Source: Neoechinorhynchus agilis
Taxonomy: Eukaryota > Animalia > Acanthocephala
Direction of reading: 5' to 3'
DNA: 64,000 nucleotides
Assembly: GCA_051530055.1 (NCBI GenBank)
Contig: CM121341.1
Coordinates: 9,340,784 to 9,404,783 of the forward strand
The notes below the pieces were generated by a model. It made no database searches and had not been told where the DNA came from. It was given only the letters and a program-made list of their open reading frames with translations. Below, in pieces: positions 38,301-50,270 of the stretch (positions are counted from its first letter, which is position 1; every line of letters begins with the position of its first letter). The position numbers were made by a program, and so were the translations under genes.

Positions 38301-39733
38301 ACCTTTAACACGTAAAAGACTTGCGCGTTCAGATCAAAAATAAAGCTAAAAATCTAAACTTTTCACTAAAATTAAGAAATTTATCGTCCGAAATAAACGA
38401 CTTTTATGAATGCCATTGTGATTTTTTTCCTACAACACTAAAAACCTGTACAACATGGGAAAAAAACAGTGAAAATGCTATTTTATGGCTCAAAAATAAA
38501 GGATCAACAAACTTGTGACACAATCTCGTGCCCTTGAAAACAAAATCTGATTTAATAAACCGCTTTTAATTTTCCACCGTTATAACGATAAGCATGAATG
38601 GTTCAATGTTCAAACCTACCTGAAAATGTAATTGTCGTAAGTCGAGCTCTTTCTTGTGGAGGAGCCCAATATCTCCATATTCCATGACAAGTGGGATATG
38701 TCACTCCCTTTAAAACAGAAATGTATTCTTAAATCCTCGAAGGATCGACTTACCTCTACAAGTCCTTGAAAGATCCGTACAATCATTGCCATTGAAACGT
38801 GAGTTTTTACCGCCAACGGAATAAGAGCGTTCAAAAAAGCACTGATTCCAAATGCAAACCCAAGAACTCTAAAAAGACATTTTTTATATTGAAAAAAAAC
38901 TAAAGCAAAATCTTACTTGTGAGCGGGAAATTTCGCTGATAGATATCCACCGGGGATTTGAGTAAGGATATATCCCCAAAAATACGAGCTATCAAGCACG
39001 CTGATCGTCTCCGGAGACCAATGGAACTCTGGTGCCTTCACATTCACTTCAATTAAACGCTCAATTTCAACACGAATAGAACGACTCACGTTGACGCTAG
39101 AAAACGAAGTCCCGTTTGAAGAATTTGCAATGAGAACGGTTCTATTCTCGATCATTGCGACAACAGCAACGCCCATGTTGCATCTGATCCCGAACGATAT
39201 AACGAATCCAAGGGAAATCATATAGGCTAGTCTGTATCTAACGGGCATTCGTTTCAATATCATTTCGTCTATAACCAAACACACACAAGAGTTGCTCCTA
39301 AAATGGAAAAGTGGGTTTGCCGTAGACGTCAGTTATGAAAAGAAGATTTAATGCTTGCACTGTGGAGCACTGTGCCGCTGGCAACTAATTTGGACTGCTT
39401 TTTTTGAAGGGAAGCGGCACATGTTGGAAAAAAAGTAATTCAATCGTGAGATTAAACCATAAGAGCACTTAAAACTCTTTAATTATCTAAATATTTTGAA
39501 AGATTCAAATCACACCAATACTTTGACAATGGGGATTGATCAATGCCACCTTTTGGGTCTCCTTCAGCGTATACGCAATCTCTTAATCGAGCATTTGTCA
39601 TCTGCGATGATCCATCGAATCCAATCACTGAAAATGAAGGCATTTTAAAAGCTTCAAGATCTTCTATTTGAAGTGGCTCGTTGGCTAAGAAGGAAAGATA
39701 AGCGTCGGACCAATCGAAGTGTCCATCAGACAT
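35392..39733 (-). CDS. Vesicular glutamate transporter (SLC17A6/7/8, VGLUT/EAT-4 family), all traced introns GT-AG
   Basis: [97 protein letters not shown]. Confidence 0.95.
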
Positions 39734-40417
39734 CTAAAAATAATTTAGGATCGGTTGTAGCCTCCTCCTCATCAAAGCGCTTTTATTCACCACTGATAAT
39801 TTCGGGCTCAAGCAATAAAAATGAGAGTGTAATTAAATTGGATGAACAATTTGTTCAGCTGAGGAATTATAGTAGACAGAGATTAATGGTGTGAATTCGC
39901 GGCATTTGTTCATAGAAAATATTGACATCTTATAACGAGATCATAAAATGTCCATTTGTCTTCTTTAACTCAATTCAAAATTGTTCAAATTAAAAAATGT
40001 CACATTTAAAAGAATCAATCAAAATTCAGTTTACACTGCTTTGCAGTTGAAGTACTACCCAAATATCCTCGGAAGCTAAAAACCGGATATTAAAACAATG
40101 AAGATTTTTTCTAAAAGCAAAACAAAAAGTGGAAAGCCATTCCAATTCTACTTTCAACGGAAACATTGACGAATAAAAGTGTTCAAATGAAGACGAATGA
40201 CGATCCATAAATGTAATAAGTTTCAAAGTGAATACTAATCCTATTTAAAATCAGCGACACATTTTGATTGCTGTCGGATTGCGTTTTTAATCAACTAGTC
40301 CGCATTTTAAATCGTTTTATTCTTTATACAATCACAGAACCTGATTAGATTAAAGAATTGTCTATAAGATTAATCGAAACTTTTCCGTACATTTGGTTAT
40401 TAATATGTGAAAAGATC

Positions 40418-40560
40418 GCGTTCAAAATGCGCTCAATTGGTCGCTGATTCAAACCCGCTGGTCGCTGGGTTCCACGGGAGGGTTAGTTCTGTGTCCCTTC
40501 GAGTGCGGCTGAGCGCCTTCGAAGTGCGTGAGATAGCCAAGAGGCTTCCAAAGAACGAAA
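40418..40560 (-). repeat. Copy of a GC-rich dispersed repeat family (other copies at about 54470-54710 and 58640-59540)
   Basis: The reverse complement contains CCCGTGGAACCCAGCGACC...TTGAATC...GAGCGCATTTTGAACGCG, shared with the other copies. Confidence 0.8.
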
Positions 40561-41294
40561 AAGACATCTCAAAAACATGTTTTAAACATTAAAGTTCATA
40601 CGACGAAAAAGGAATTCAAAGATTGTGGTTATTGCATAGGAAAAGAGCAAAAATCGAGGTGTATATGGGAATTTCATTGTACCTTGCTGTTTTCATTAGA
40701 TCGGAGATTCAGAAATTTACTAAGATTGTAGTTGGTTGACACTAATTCATATAAACATCTTCTTTGAGACAAGTGGAATCGTGGGAAAAAAGATTCAGAA
40801 TGACAATCCGTTGTTGTTAACAAAAGCAAGTTTTCGATAATGAACACTTTACTTTGCTGTTGTAATGTTTGAAAATTTTCTAGCACGTAGAAATTAAGCC
40901 GATTGTTTTCGATGAGGCACAATCTTTTTGTACGCCGTTTGATCGAGGTTGCTAAAGTGCTAAGTAGCAACTTTGATAAATGCGTACAAGATTGTGCCTC
41001 CGAAATCAATCGGCAGTTTTAAAATCATTTTAATTTATTCGATGTTGTATAACGGCTTCTTCAGGAATCTACAAAAAGACGCGTGATCTTACCTGAGTGT
41101 TAAAGTAGCTACAGAAATTTTTCCCTTTTACGAATTCACGAGACATGGTTTGAGGATTCAGAATTCGCTGCTCTTGACCCTTAGCAAAAGTGGAGAGAGA
41201 TATAGACTCAAACACACTGCTGAACGTTGATTCTATTAAGGAGAGAGTTGCAATGTCAATTTTCGGTGATTTATCTCCATAAATTTACAAACCA

Positions 41295-44044
41295 TCATCT
41301 CGGTCGAGAAGTCCTCACCGATACATTCAACATGACATTCATTCTGAATTTTTGACAGAGATCTACTTGACATTGGGATGATATTTCTCGGATCGCTTTA
41401 CCATTTCCTTTCAGAAGTTCTCCGACATCCCGTTTAAAACCCTTTGTTCTAGGATAAACAGAAATGAGAACGGTTAAAGTATCCGTGGCTGGATTATGCT
41501 TCCAAAGCTCAATCTCAGCATTTATCATATAGGGCACTTCATTTGGGAGTATTTCTAACATTTTCTCCTTTAAAGTCATTAAGGTCACATCTCGAGGAAG
41601 TTGGTCAGTTATAACGTCCCTTTCAAACCACCATTGGCCCAGTTTAGCTCGCGAGAACAAATAAGACTTTAGATCACGGATTCCATACATTCGTTTAGAT
41701 GAGATCATAAAGACTTGAGAGAAATTAGGCCAACAACGATTAGTGGTTAAATTTACAGCCGATGATGTAATTAGTTCTAATTTCTGGTAGTAAGCATGCC
41801 AATCCGTTGTGTTTCTTAGATCATCGAGAGCCGATTGTGAATCTTGAAGAATGAATTCATTTTCAGCGTTTGTGGAAACGATGCGATCATTGGGACATAA
41901 CGCATTTACGATTTCGTCCATGTTTGCACTATCTGATCTGTCCCATTCGGATCCACAAATCTCCTTAAATTCCCTAGCGGCGTCAATGAGCATTTTCGCA
42001 GTTTCTTTAGCTTCTTCAAGTGCTTTCAACTTTGATTCAGTTCGATCAGAGTATCCGAGTTCTTTATAGGATTTATCATAAAGCAATTCTAAGGACTCAC
42101 GACGTCCGGGCAACATTTTGTTGTGGTGATATCTTTTGCCTTCCAAACACCCATCGGTTAGACGAACAGTTAGTGGAAGCAGCTCGCTTTTGCGTTTACA
42201 TCCGTCTACTTTATTCAATACAAGGACGGCTTCTTTGTACAGAATTTCTCGGACCATAAGAAAACAGCGAAAAAATAAATCCAAAATGAGAATACCCATG
42301 GACAATGTCATAGTTTTAACTATTCTACAATGTAAGTTGAAATATTTCAAATGATTATGTCATAATATCGATTGGTGAGGAGGAGGAATACTCGATCGGA
42401 TTATATGATTAGAAGAATTTTTGTTTAGAAGTCTTCACCCGCAAGAGTTTATTAAAGACGTTCCCGGCGAACTTCGTCGGGTTCATCAACGTCCGTTTGT
42501 TTCGACGATCTCCAATTCGGTACACAATACTCAAACTTTAAGTTCGAAGGTGTCAATTATGACCAAGTGGATGAGCTAGCAATGGCAATTCTACTTTCCC
42601 ATTGCTATGAGATCATGGGAGAAGTAACAAGTATCGAAATTGAGAGATGTGGATGAATGATACTTTCATTATCGCTGATCCCAGCACAAGTTCAACCGAA
42701 TAAAATGGACAATTGAAGAAGATTAAAATGATAGTTTGCCATTCTTGGTCCGCAAATGATGGATACAAATTGGCAAGGGTCAGATCGATGTTCATCAGGG
42801 CATTTAGGTTTTGTTCCGATGGAATGAACCTCAAAGATGAACTGGATTGGATTTATAGTAGTAGTTTAAAAGGTCCAAAGAGATACATTGACAAATGAAA
42901 GAAGGAAACTCTCTATAGTTGACGCTAATGGCAGACACGGCCTCTGTTATAAGATGTCCAGAGGGAGGTTTCCAAGGAACGCAGAGTTGAACTCAATTTT
43001 GAGCAGAGCCCTAGATTCCGTTGACGTGCCCAATATTCTAGAGCCGAGTAAATTGTGCCGCCTAGACCACGGTTTTTCCATGGCGGGAGGGAAAACCGCT
43101 TTTATTGGAAGCGACCCAGTAATTAAAAAGAGCCCTGGAGGTTCAGCGGTCGTAGCTGAGGAACGAAAGCGTTCAAAATATAAAGAGCTCCTAAGGAGTT
43201 ACCATTTCGTCCCTTTTGCCGTGGAAACGTATGGAGCCTTGGGACCGTCAGCGCTCACTCTCCTCGACGAAGGACGAAAAGGATGACGGGGGAACCGCGC
43301 TCGAGGAATTTCCCCTCTTAACGAATCGCGATACAGCGAGGGAACGCTGCCGGTGTACTGGCGACGTCGGGATGCTTACAGGAATGAAAATAAAACTTAG
43401 AAGTTTCAAAAAAAAAGAAATAGAATAAATCGATTACTCATTAAAAAAATATGTGTTCCATCGATTAAGAAAAGAATCACTTCATTGAGGCACCATTCAT
43501 CAGTGGTCTATGGAACTCAAAAATAGAAGCTCTGATCAAAAGGATGAGTTCATGATATATAACAATTTGTAAATCGATCGATTTTACCGCCGCTCGATAG
43601 ATTCTGTATAGATGAATGGGCGAAAAGACATCGAAGCACTTCAGTATCCAATGAGTGTCGTCTGTATGGATCACTGGCGTCATGGACGGCTAAAATAATA
43701 TCCGCTTCCCATAGACTATTATGCGGATCCATAAGCGTCGATTTTTCCAACCATTTGTTCATTTTCCATGGCGGAACAAGGCCTGGAGTGTCAAGAAACA
43801 CTAACTGAGTATTTTTGTCAGTTGCGGCGCCAGTGATTCGATGACGAGTCGTGTGTTCTCGACTGGATACTGCCGATACATTTGTACCGATCAATTGATT
43901 AAACAGTGCTGATTTTCCGGAATTAGGAGCACCGATCATACTAATCTTTAGAATCCGTCGATCATTTGCAGACAAAGCGTCAGAGATCGCTTTTGAAATA
44001 TATCGAGGACTACATCGAACCAGTGGCTGAATTGTGAGAACCAT
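41295..44044 (-). CDS. ERAL1: Mitochondrial GTPase Era (2 exons, about 44044-43605 and 42236-41295)
   Basis: G1 GAPNSGKS, G2 HTTR, G3 DTPG, G4 LNKVD, and KH-like LPNEVPY...GKAIREIS. Confidence 0.93.
42384..42500 (-). mobile_element. About 117-bp interspersed intronic repeat (copy of 18528-18644)
   Basis: Near-identical reverse complement of 18528-18644. Confidence 0.8.
42888..43390 (+). mobile_element. Decayed 3' fragment of a CRE-like non-LTR retrotransposon (RLE domain) inside the ERAL1 intron
   Basis: VDANGRHGLC...GRFPRNAELN...ALDSVDVPNILEP..LCRLD...AEERKRSKY...FVPFAVETYGALGPSA closely parallels the 60605-61624 ORF; frameshifted around the PD motif. Confidence 0.85.
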
Positions 44045-44395
44045 TTTGAAAATGACGATGATATTGATACAAAATATTGAGTACTTTCTTCCAGATTCTT
44101 TTATCTCAACAACATAACGCTTTTTTAGGATCAGTCAGAAGGATTCCACTTTTAGTCCTGGTTTCGTGTGCAAATCGTTCAACGAGAACACGATTCTTTT
44201 GCGAGCTTTGCTTTCTGTGGATGCAGACAGTTGAGATTCAAACTAAAGAAAGATTACGCCGTAAATATCTTCGTGTGCAATACGTTTAAAGATAGTGACG
44301 TCACATTTGTTTTTCATTTAAAGACGCGCTTTTGACACGAAAGTGTAAATGAAGAGAACGCACCTGAAAAGTTCGTATGAACGAGCGAGGAGGAG

Positions 44396-45572
44396 ATGGA
44401 GAGCGTAATGTTGTGCATGGACACATCGGAGTATATGCGGGATGGCGATTTGACCCCTAATCGATTGTTATGTCAACTCGATTCCGCCTACAGTATTTGT
44501 CAAGCAATTCTACGGCAGCATGTTGAAAATCAATGTGGTATCCTTGATCTGGCGGATTGTAGGGTAAAAGCGCATTTGACTAATAACACCTCGGTTTTAC
44601 AAGGAAAGATCTATTCGTTGCGGCCGTGGATGGAACCAACAGATGATGTTTTGAATCGCTTAATTCCACCATTTAAAAAGACTGATAATGGACCTCGTGA
44701 TCCAGGCCTAAAAGGAATCGACATTGTCAAAGGAATCCGGACTGCAAATCTTGCATTAATCGACAATGAATCATCGATTATTGCTCACTCTCTCTGGTTA
44801 TTTTGAAGAACTACAATTGATTATTAAATTCAATATTTCGATCCCCTAAATAAATAATCAATTGTAGTTCTTCAAAATAACCAACAAATCACTCTCTCTC
44901 TCGTAATGATTTATTGCGCTAAGGCACCGTTCAAATCCGGAACTACAAAAAGCTCGGATAATTGTTTTTATTGGCAGTCCAATTTATAATACCGACCGTA
45001 CAGCTCTTAAGGACCTTTGTTCTCGTTTTCGTAAGATGCAAGTATCAGTGGATATAATAAGTTTCGGTCCAGTAGAAAAGAACCATGAAGTTCTTGAAGA
45101 GTTTGTGAACGGGGTAACCTCTGGGAATGTGACATTGTACGAGAAAACCGATGATACTGATCGATTGGCTGAATTGACTCGTCAAGTTATCAATGGAATT
45201 AATCCCAGTTCAGCTATGGTGGATCTGGCACCTGGAGCCGAACGGACTGAAGACCTTGAAGAAATGGATCCGGAACTTGCAATGGCTCTTCGAATCTCGG
45301 CTGAAGAGCATCAACGTGCCCAACTGCAACAACAACAACAACAACAAGAACAACAACAACAAACTGTTACCACCAATGAACCTGTTGCGGTTCAAGCACA
45401 ACAAAACGCACAACAACCGGATTTGATGAACATGACCGAAGAGGAGCAGTTGGAATGGGCGTTGAAATTATCCATGCAGGATACAGCCGGCATGGATGGG
45501 CCTTGTCCAATGGACGTCGATGAACCTGAACCAGGCGATGAAAAAAAGGAGGAAGAAAAAGGAGACAAGTGA
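44396..45572 (+). CDS. PSMD4: 26S proteasome ubiquitin receptor Rpn10 (2 exons, 44396-44758 and 44922-45572)
   Basis: vWA MESVMLCMDTSEYMRDGDLTPNRL...GIRTANLALRHR...RIIVFIGSP; UIMs DPELAMALRIS and EEEQLEWALKLSMQ. Head-to-head with ERAL1, about 350 bp apart. Confidence 0.93.
44795..44883. repeat. Perfect about 31-bp-arm hairpin inside the PSMD4 intron
   Basis: TGGTTATTTTGAAGAACTACAATTGATTATT...AATAATCAATTGTAGTTCTTCAAAATAACCA. Confidence 0.9.
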
Positions 45573-45699
45573 ATTTTGGAATAAATATCAACACCCAGGT
45601 TGGGGGGAGGAAACTATTGGTTCTTAGGCTACACTAAAAACGAAAATTGAACCTTCTAACATCAATGTGCACCTTTTATATACGCCAACTTTTAAATTT

Positions 45700-48600
45700 C
45701 GGCTAAAACCAAGACGTTTTTCCGTTTTGGCTTTAGCAAAAAAATTGGTTCAATCTAGCACTCGTCAAAGCGTTTGTACAGATTTGTGGATTTCGGTGAA
45801 AACAACAAGTTTTCTTCATTTATCGGTGGAAAAATGTTCAGTCTCGCTCTCTTCAAAGCGTTTGTACAGATTTGTGGATTTCGGTGAAAACAAGTTTTCT
45901 TCATTTATCGGTGGAAAAGCGTTCAATTTCCCCTTCAAAGCGTTTGAAAATATTTGTAGATTTCGGTGAAAACGAGAAGTTTTCTTCATTCATCGGTAGA
46001 AAAACGTTCAATCTTGTCGAAGTTTTCATTTTTTAAGGTAGAAAACTGTTCAATTTTGCCCGTAAAAGCGTTTCCAAAGGTTTGAACATTCGGGTAAAAA
46101 CAAGAAGTTTTTTTTATTACGGTAGAAAAGCGTTCAATTTTCCCCTTCAAAGCATTTTAAAATATTTGTAGATTTCGATGAAAACGAGAAGTTTTCTTCA
46201 TTTATCGGTAGAAAAACGTTCAATCTTGCCGACGTTTTCATTTTTTAAGGGTAGAGAACCATTCAATTTTGCCCGCTAAAGCGTTTTCAAAGGTTTGAAC
46301 ATTCGGGTGAAAACGAGATGTTTTTTTACAGTAGAAAAACGTCCAATTTTCCCCTTCAAAGCGTTTGAAAATATTTGTATATTTCGGTGAAAACGAGAAG
46401 TTTTCTTCATTTATCGGTAGAAAAACGTTCAATCTTTCTGAAGCTTCTATCCTTCACGGTAGAAAAGCGTTCAATCTCGCACTCTTCAAAGCATTTGCCA
46501 AGATTTGTATATTTCGGTGAAAACGAGAAGTTTTCTTGATTCATCGGTAGAAAAACGTTCAATCTTGCCGAAGTTTTCATTTTTTAGGGTAGAGAACCGT
46601 TCAATTTTGCCCGCTAAAGCGTTTTCAAAGGTTTGAACATTCGGGTGAAAACGAGATGTTTTTTTACAGTAGAAAAACGTCCAATTTTCCCCTTCAAAGC
46701 GTTTGAAAATATTTGTATATTTCGGCGAAAACGAGAAGTTTTCTTCATTTATCGGTAGAAAAACGTTCAATCTTGCCGACGTTTTAATTTTTTAAGGGTA
46801 GAGAACCGTTCAATTTTGCCCGCTAGCGTTTCAAAGGTTTGAACATTCGGGTGAAAAGAAGAATTTTTCCTTTACGGTAGAAAAGCGTTCAATTTTCCCC
46901 TTCGAAGCGTTTTAAAATATTTGTAGATTTGTGAAAACGAAATTTTCTTCATTTATCGGTGGAAAACGTTCAATCTTTCAGAAGTTTCTATCCTTCACGG
47001 TAGAAAAGCGTTCAATCTCGCACTCTTCAAAGCATTTGCCAAGATTTGTATATTTCGGTGAAAACGAGAAGTTTTCTTCATTCATCGGTGGATTCACGTA
47101 GAAAACGTTCAATTTCCCCTTCAAAGCGTTTGAAAATATTTGTAGATTTCGGTGAAAACAAGAAGTTTTCTTCATTTATCGGTGGAAAAGCGTTCAATTT
47201 CCCCTTCAAAGCGTTTGAAAATATTTGTAGATTTCGGTGAAAACGAGACGTTTTCTTAATTTATCGGTAGAAAAACGTTTAATCTTTCAGAAGCTTCTAT
47301 CCTTCACGGTAGAAAAGCGTTCAATTTCGCACTCTTCAAAACGTTTGAAAATATTTGTAGGTTTCGGTGAAAACAAGTTTTCTTTATTTATCGGTGGTAA
47401 AACGTTCAATCTTGCCGAAGTTTTATTTTTTTGAGTAGAGAACCGTTCAATTTTGCGCGTAAAAGCGTTTTCCAAGATTTGAACATTCAGGTTAAAACGA
47501 GAAGTTTTTTCCTTTACGATAGAAAAGCGTTCAATTTTCCCCTTCGAAGCGTTTGAAAATATTTGTAGATTTCGGTGAAAACGAGAAGTTTTCTTCATTT
47601 ATCGGTAGAAAAACGTTCAATCTTGCCGAAGTTTTCATTTTTTAAGGGTAGAGAACCGTTCAATTTTGCCCGCTAAAGCGTTTTCAAAGGTTTGAACATT
47701 CGGGTGAAAAGAAGAAGTTTTTTCCTTTACGGTAGAAAAGCGTTCAATTTTCCCCTTCGAAGCGTTTTAAAATATTTGTAGATTTAGGTGAAAACGAGAA
47801 ATTTTCTTCATTTATCGGTGGAAAACGTTCAATCTTTCAGAAGTTTCTATCCTTCACGGTAGAAAAGCGTTCAATCTCGCACTCTTCAAAGCATTTGCCA
47901 AGATTTGTATATTTCGGTGAAAACGAGAAGTTTTCTTCATTCATCGGTAGAAAAACGTTCAATCTTTCAGAAGCTTCTATCCTTCACGGTAGAAAAGCGT
48001 TCAATTTCGCACTTTTCAAAGCGTTTGAAAATATTTGTAGATTTCGGTGAAAACGAGTTTTCTTCATTTATCGGTGATAAAACGTTCAATTTCCCCTTCA
48101 AAGCGTTTGAAAATATTTGTAGATTTCGGTGAAAACAAGAAGTTTTCTTCATTTATCGGTGGAAAAGCGTTCAATTTCCCCTTCAAAGCGTTTGAAAATA
48201 TTTGTAGATTTCGGTGAAAACGAGACGTTTTCTTAATTTATCGGTAGAAAAACGTTTAATCTTTCAGAAGCTTCTATCCTTCACGGTAGAAAAGCGTTCA
48301 ATTTCGCACTCTTCAAAACGTTTGAAAATATTTGTAGGTTTCGGTGAAAACAAGTTTTCTTTATTTATCGGTGGTAAAACGTTCAATCTTGCCGAAGTTT
48401 TATTTTTTTGAGTAGAGAACCGTTCAATTTTGCGCGTAAAAGCGTTTTCCAAGATTTGAACATTCAGGTTAAAACGAGAAGTTTTTTCCTTTACGATAGA
48501 AAAGCGTTCAATTTTCCCCTTCGAAGCGTTTGAAAATATTTGTAGATTTCGGTGAAAACGAGAAGTTTTCTTCATTTATCGGTAGAAAAACGTTCAATCT

Positions 48601-50270
48601 TGCCGAAGTTTTCATTTTTTAAGGGTAGAGAACCGTTCAATTTTGCCCGCTAAAGCGTTTTCAAAGGTTTGAACATTCGGGTGAAAAGAAGAAGTTTTTT
48701 CCTTTACGGTAGAAAAGCGTTCAATTTTCCCCTTCGAAGCGTTTTAAAATATTTGTAGATTTAGGTGAAAACGAGAAATTTTCTTCATTTATCGGTGGAA
48801 AACGTTCAATCTTTCAGAAGTTTCTATCCTTCACGGTAGAAAAGCGTTCAATCTCGCACTCTTCAAAGCATTTGCCAAGATTTGTATATTTCGGTGAAAA
48901 CGAGAAGTTTTCTTCATTCATCGGTAGAAAAACGTTCAATCTTTCAGAAGCTTCTATCCTTCACGGTAGAAAAGCGTTCAATTTCGCACTTTTCAAAGCG
49001 TTTGAAAATATTTGTAGATTTCGGTGAAAACGAGTTTTCTTCATTTATCGGTGATAAAACGTTCAATTTCCCCTTCAAAGCGTTTGAAAATATTTGTAGA
49101 TTTCGGTGAAAACAAGAAGTTTTCTTCATTTATCGGTGGAAAAGCGTTCAATTTCCCCTTCAAAGCGTTTGAAAATATTTGTAGATTTCGGTGAAAACGA
49201 GACGTTTTCTTAATTTATCGGTAGAAAAACGTTTAATCTTTCAGAAGTTTCTATCCTTCACGGTAGAAAAGCGTTCAATTTCGCACTCTTCAAAACGTTT
49301 GAAAATATTTGTAGGTTTCGGTGAAAACGAGAAGTTTTCTTCATTTATCGGTAGAAAAACGTTCAATCTTGCCGAAGTTTTATTTTTTTTTGGGTAAAGA
49401 ACCGTTCAATTTTGCGCGTAAAAGCGTTTGCCAAGATTTGAACATTCGGGTGAAAACTAAAGTTTTTTCCTTTACGGTAGAAAAGCGTTCAATTTTCCCC
49501 TTCGAAGCGTTTGAAAATATTTGTAGATTTCGATTAAAACGAGAAGTTTTCTTCATTCATCGGTAGAAAAACGTTCAATCTTGCCGAAGTTTTCATTTTT
49601 TAATATAGAGAACCGTTCAATTTTGCCCGTAAAAGCGTTTTCAAAGGTTTGAACATTCGGGTGAAAACGAGATGTTTTTTTACAGTAGAAAAACGTCCAA
49701 TTTTCCCCTTCAAAGCGTTTGAAAATATTTGTATATTTCGGTGAAAACGTGTTTTCTTCATTTATCGGTAGAAAAACGTTCAATCTTGCCGACGTTTTCA
49801 TTTTTTAAGGGTAGAGAACCGTTCGATTTTGCCCGCTGAAGCGTTTTCAAAGCTTTGAACATTCGGGTGAAAAGAAGAAGTTTTTTCCTTTACGGTAGAA
49901 AAGCGTTCAATTTTCCCCTTCGAAGCGTTTTAAAATATTTGTAGATTTAGGTGAAAACGAGAAATTTTCTTCATTTATCGGTGGAAAACGTTCAATCTTT
50001 CAGAAGTTTCTATCCTTCACGGTAGAAAAGCGTTCAATCTCGCACTCTTCAAAGCATTTGCCAAGATTTGTATATTTCGGTGAAAACGAGAAGTTTTCTT
50101 CATTCATCGGTGGAAAAACGTTCAATCTTTCGGAAGCTTCTATCCTTCACAGTAGAAAAGCGTTCAATTTCGCACTCTTCAAAGCGTTTGAAAATATTTG
50201 TAGATTTCGGTGAAAACGTGTTTTCTTCATTTATCGGTAGAAAAACGTTCAATCTCAACTTCTTTTGGCC
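45700..50270. repeat. Satellite 2: about 40/85-bp modules with a 977-bp higher-order repeat
   Basis: Matching blocks at 47161/48138/49115. Identical or near-identical spurious ORFs recur at 47237/48214/49191 and 47905/48882 (977-bp spacing). Confidence 0.97.
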
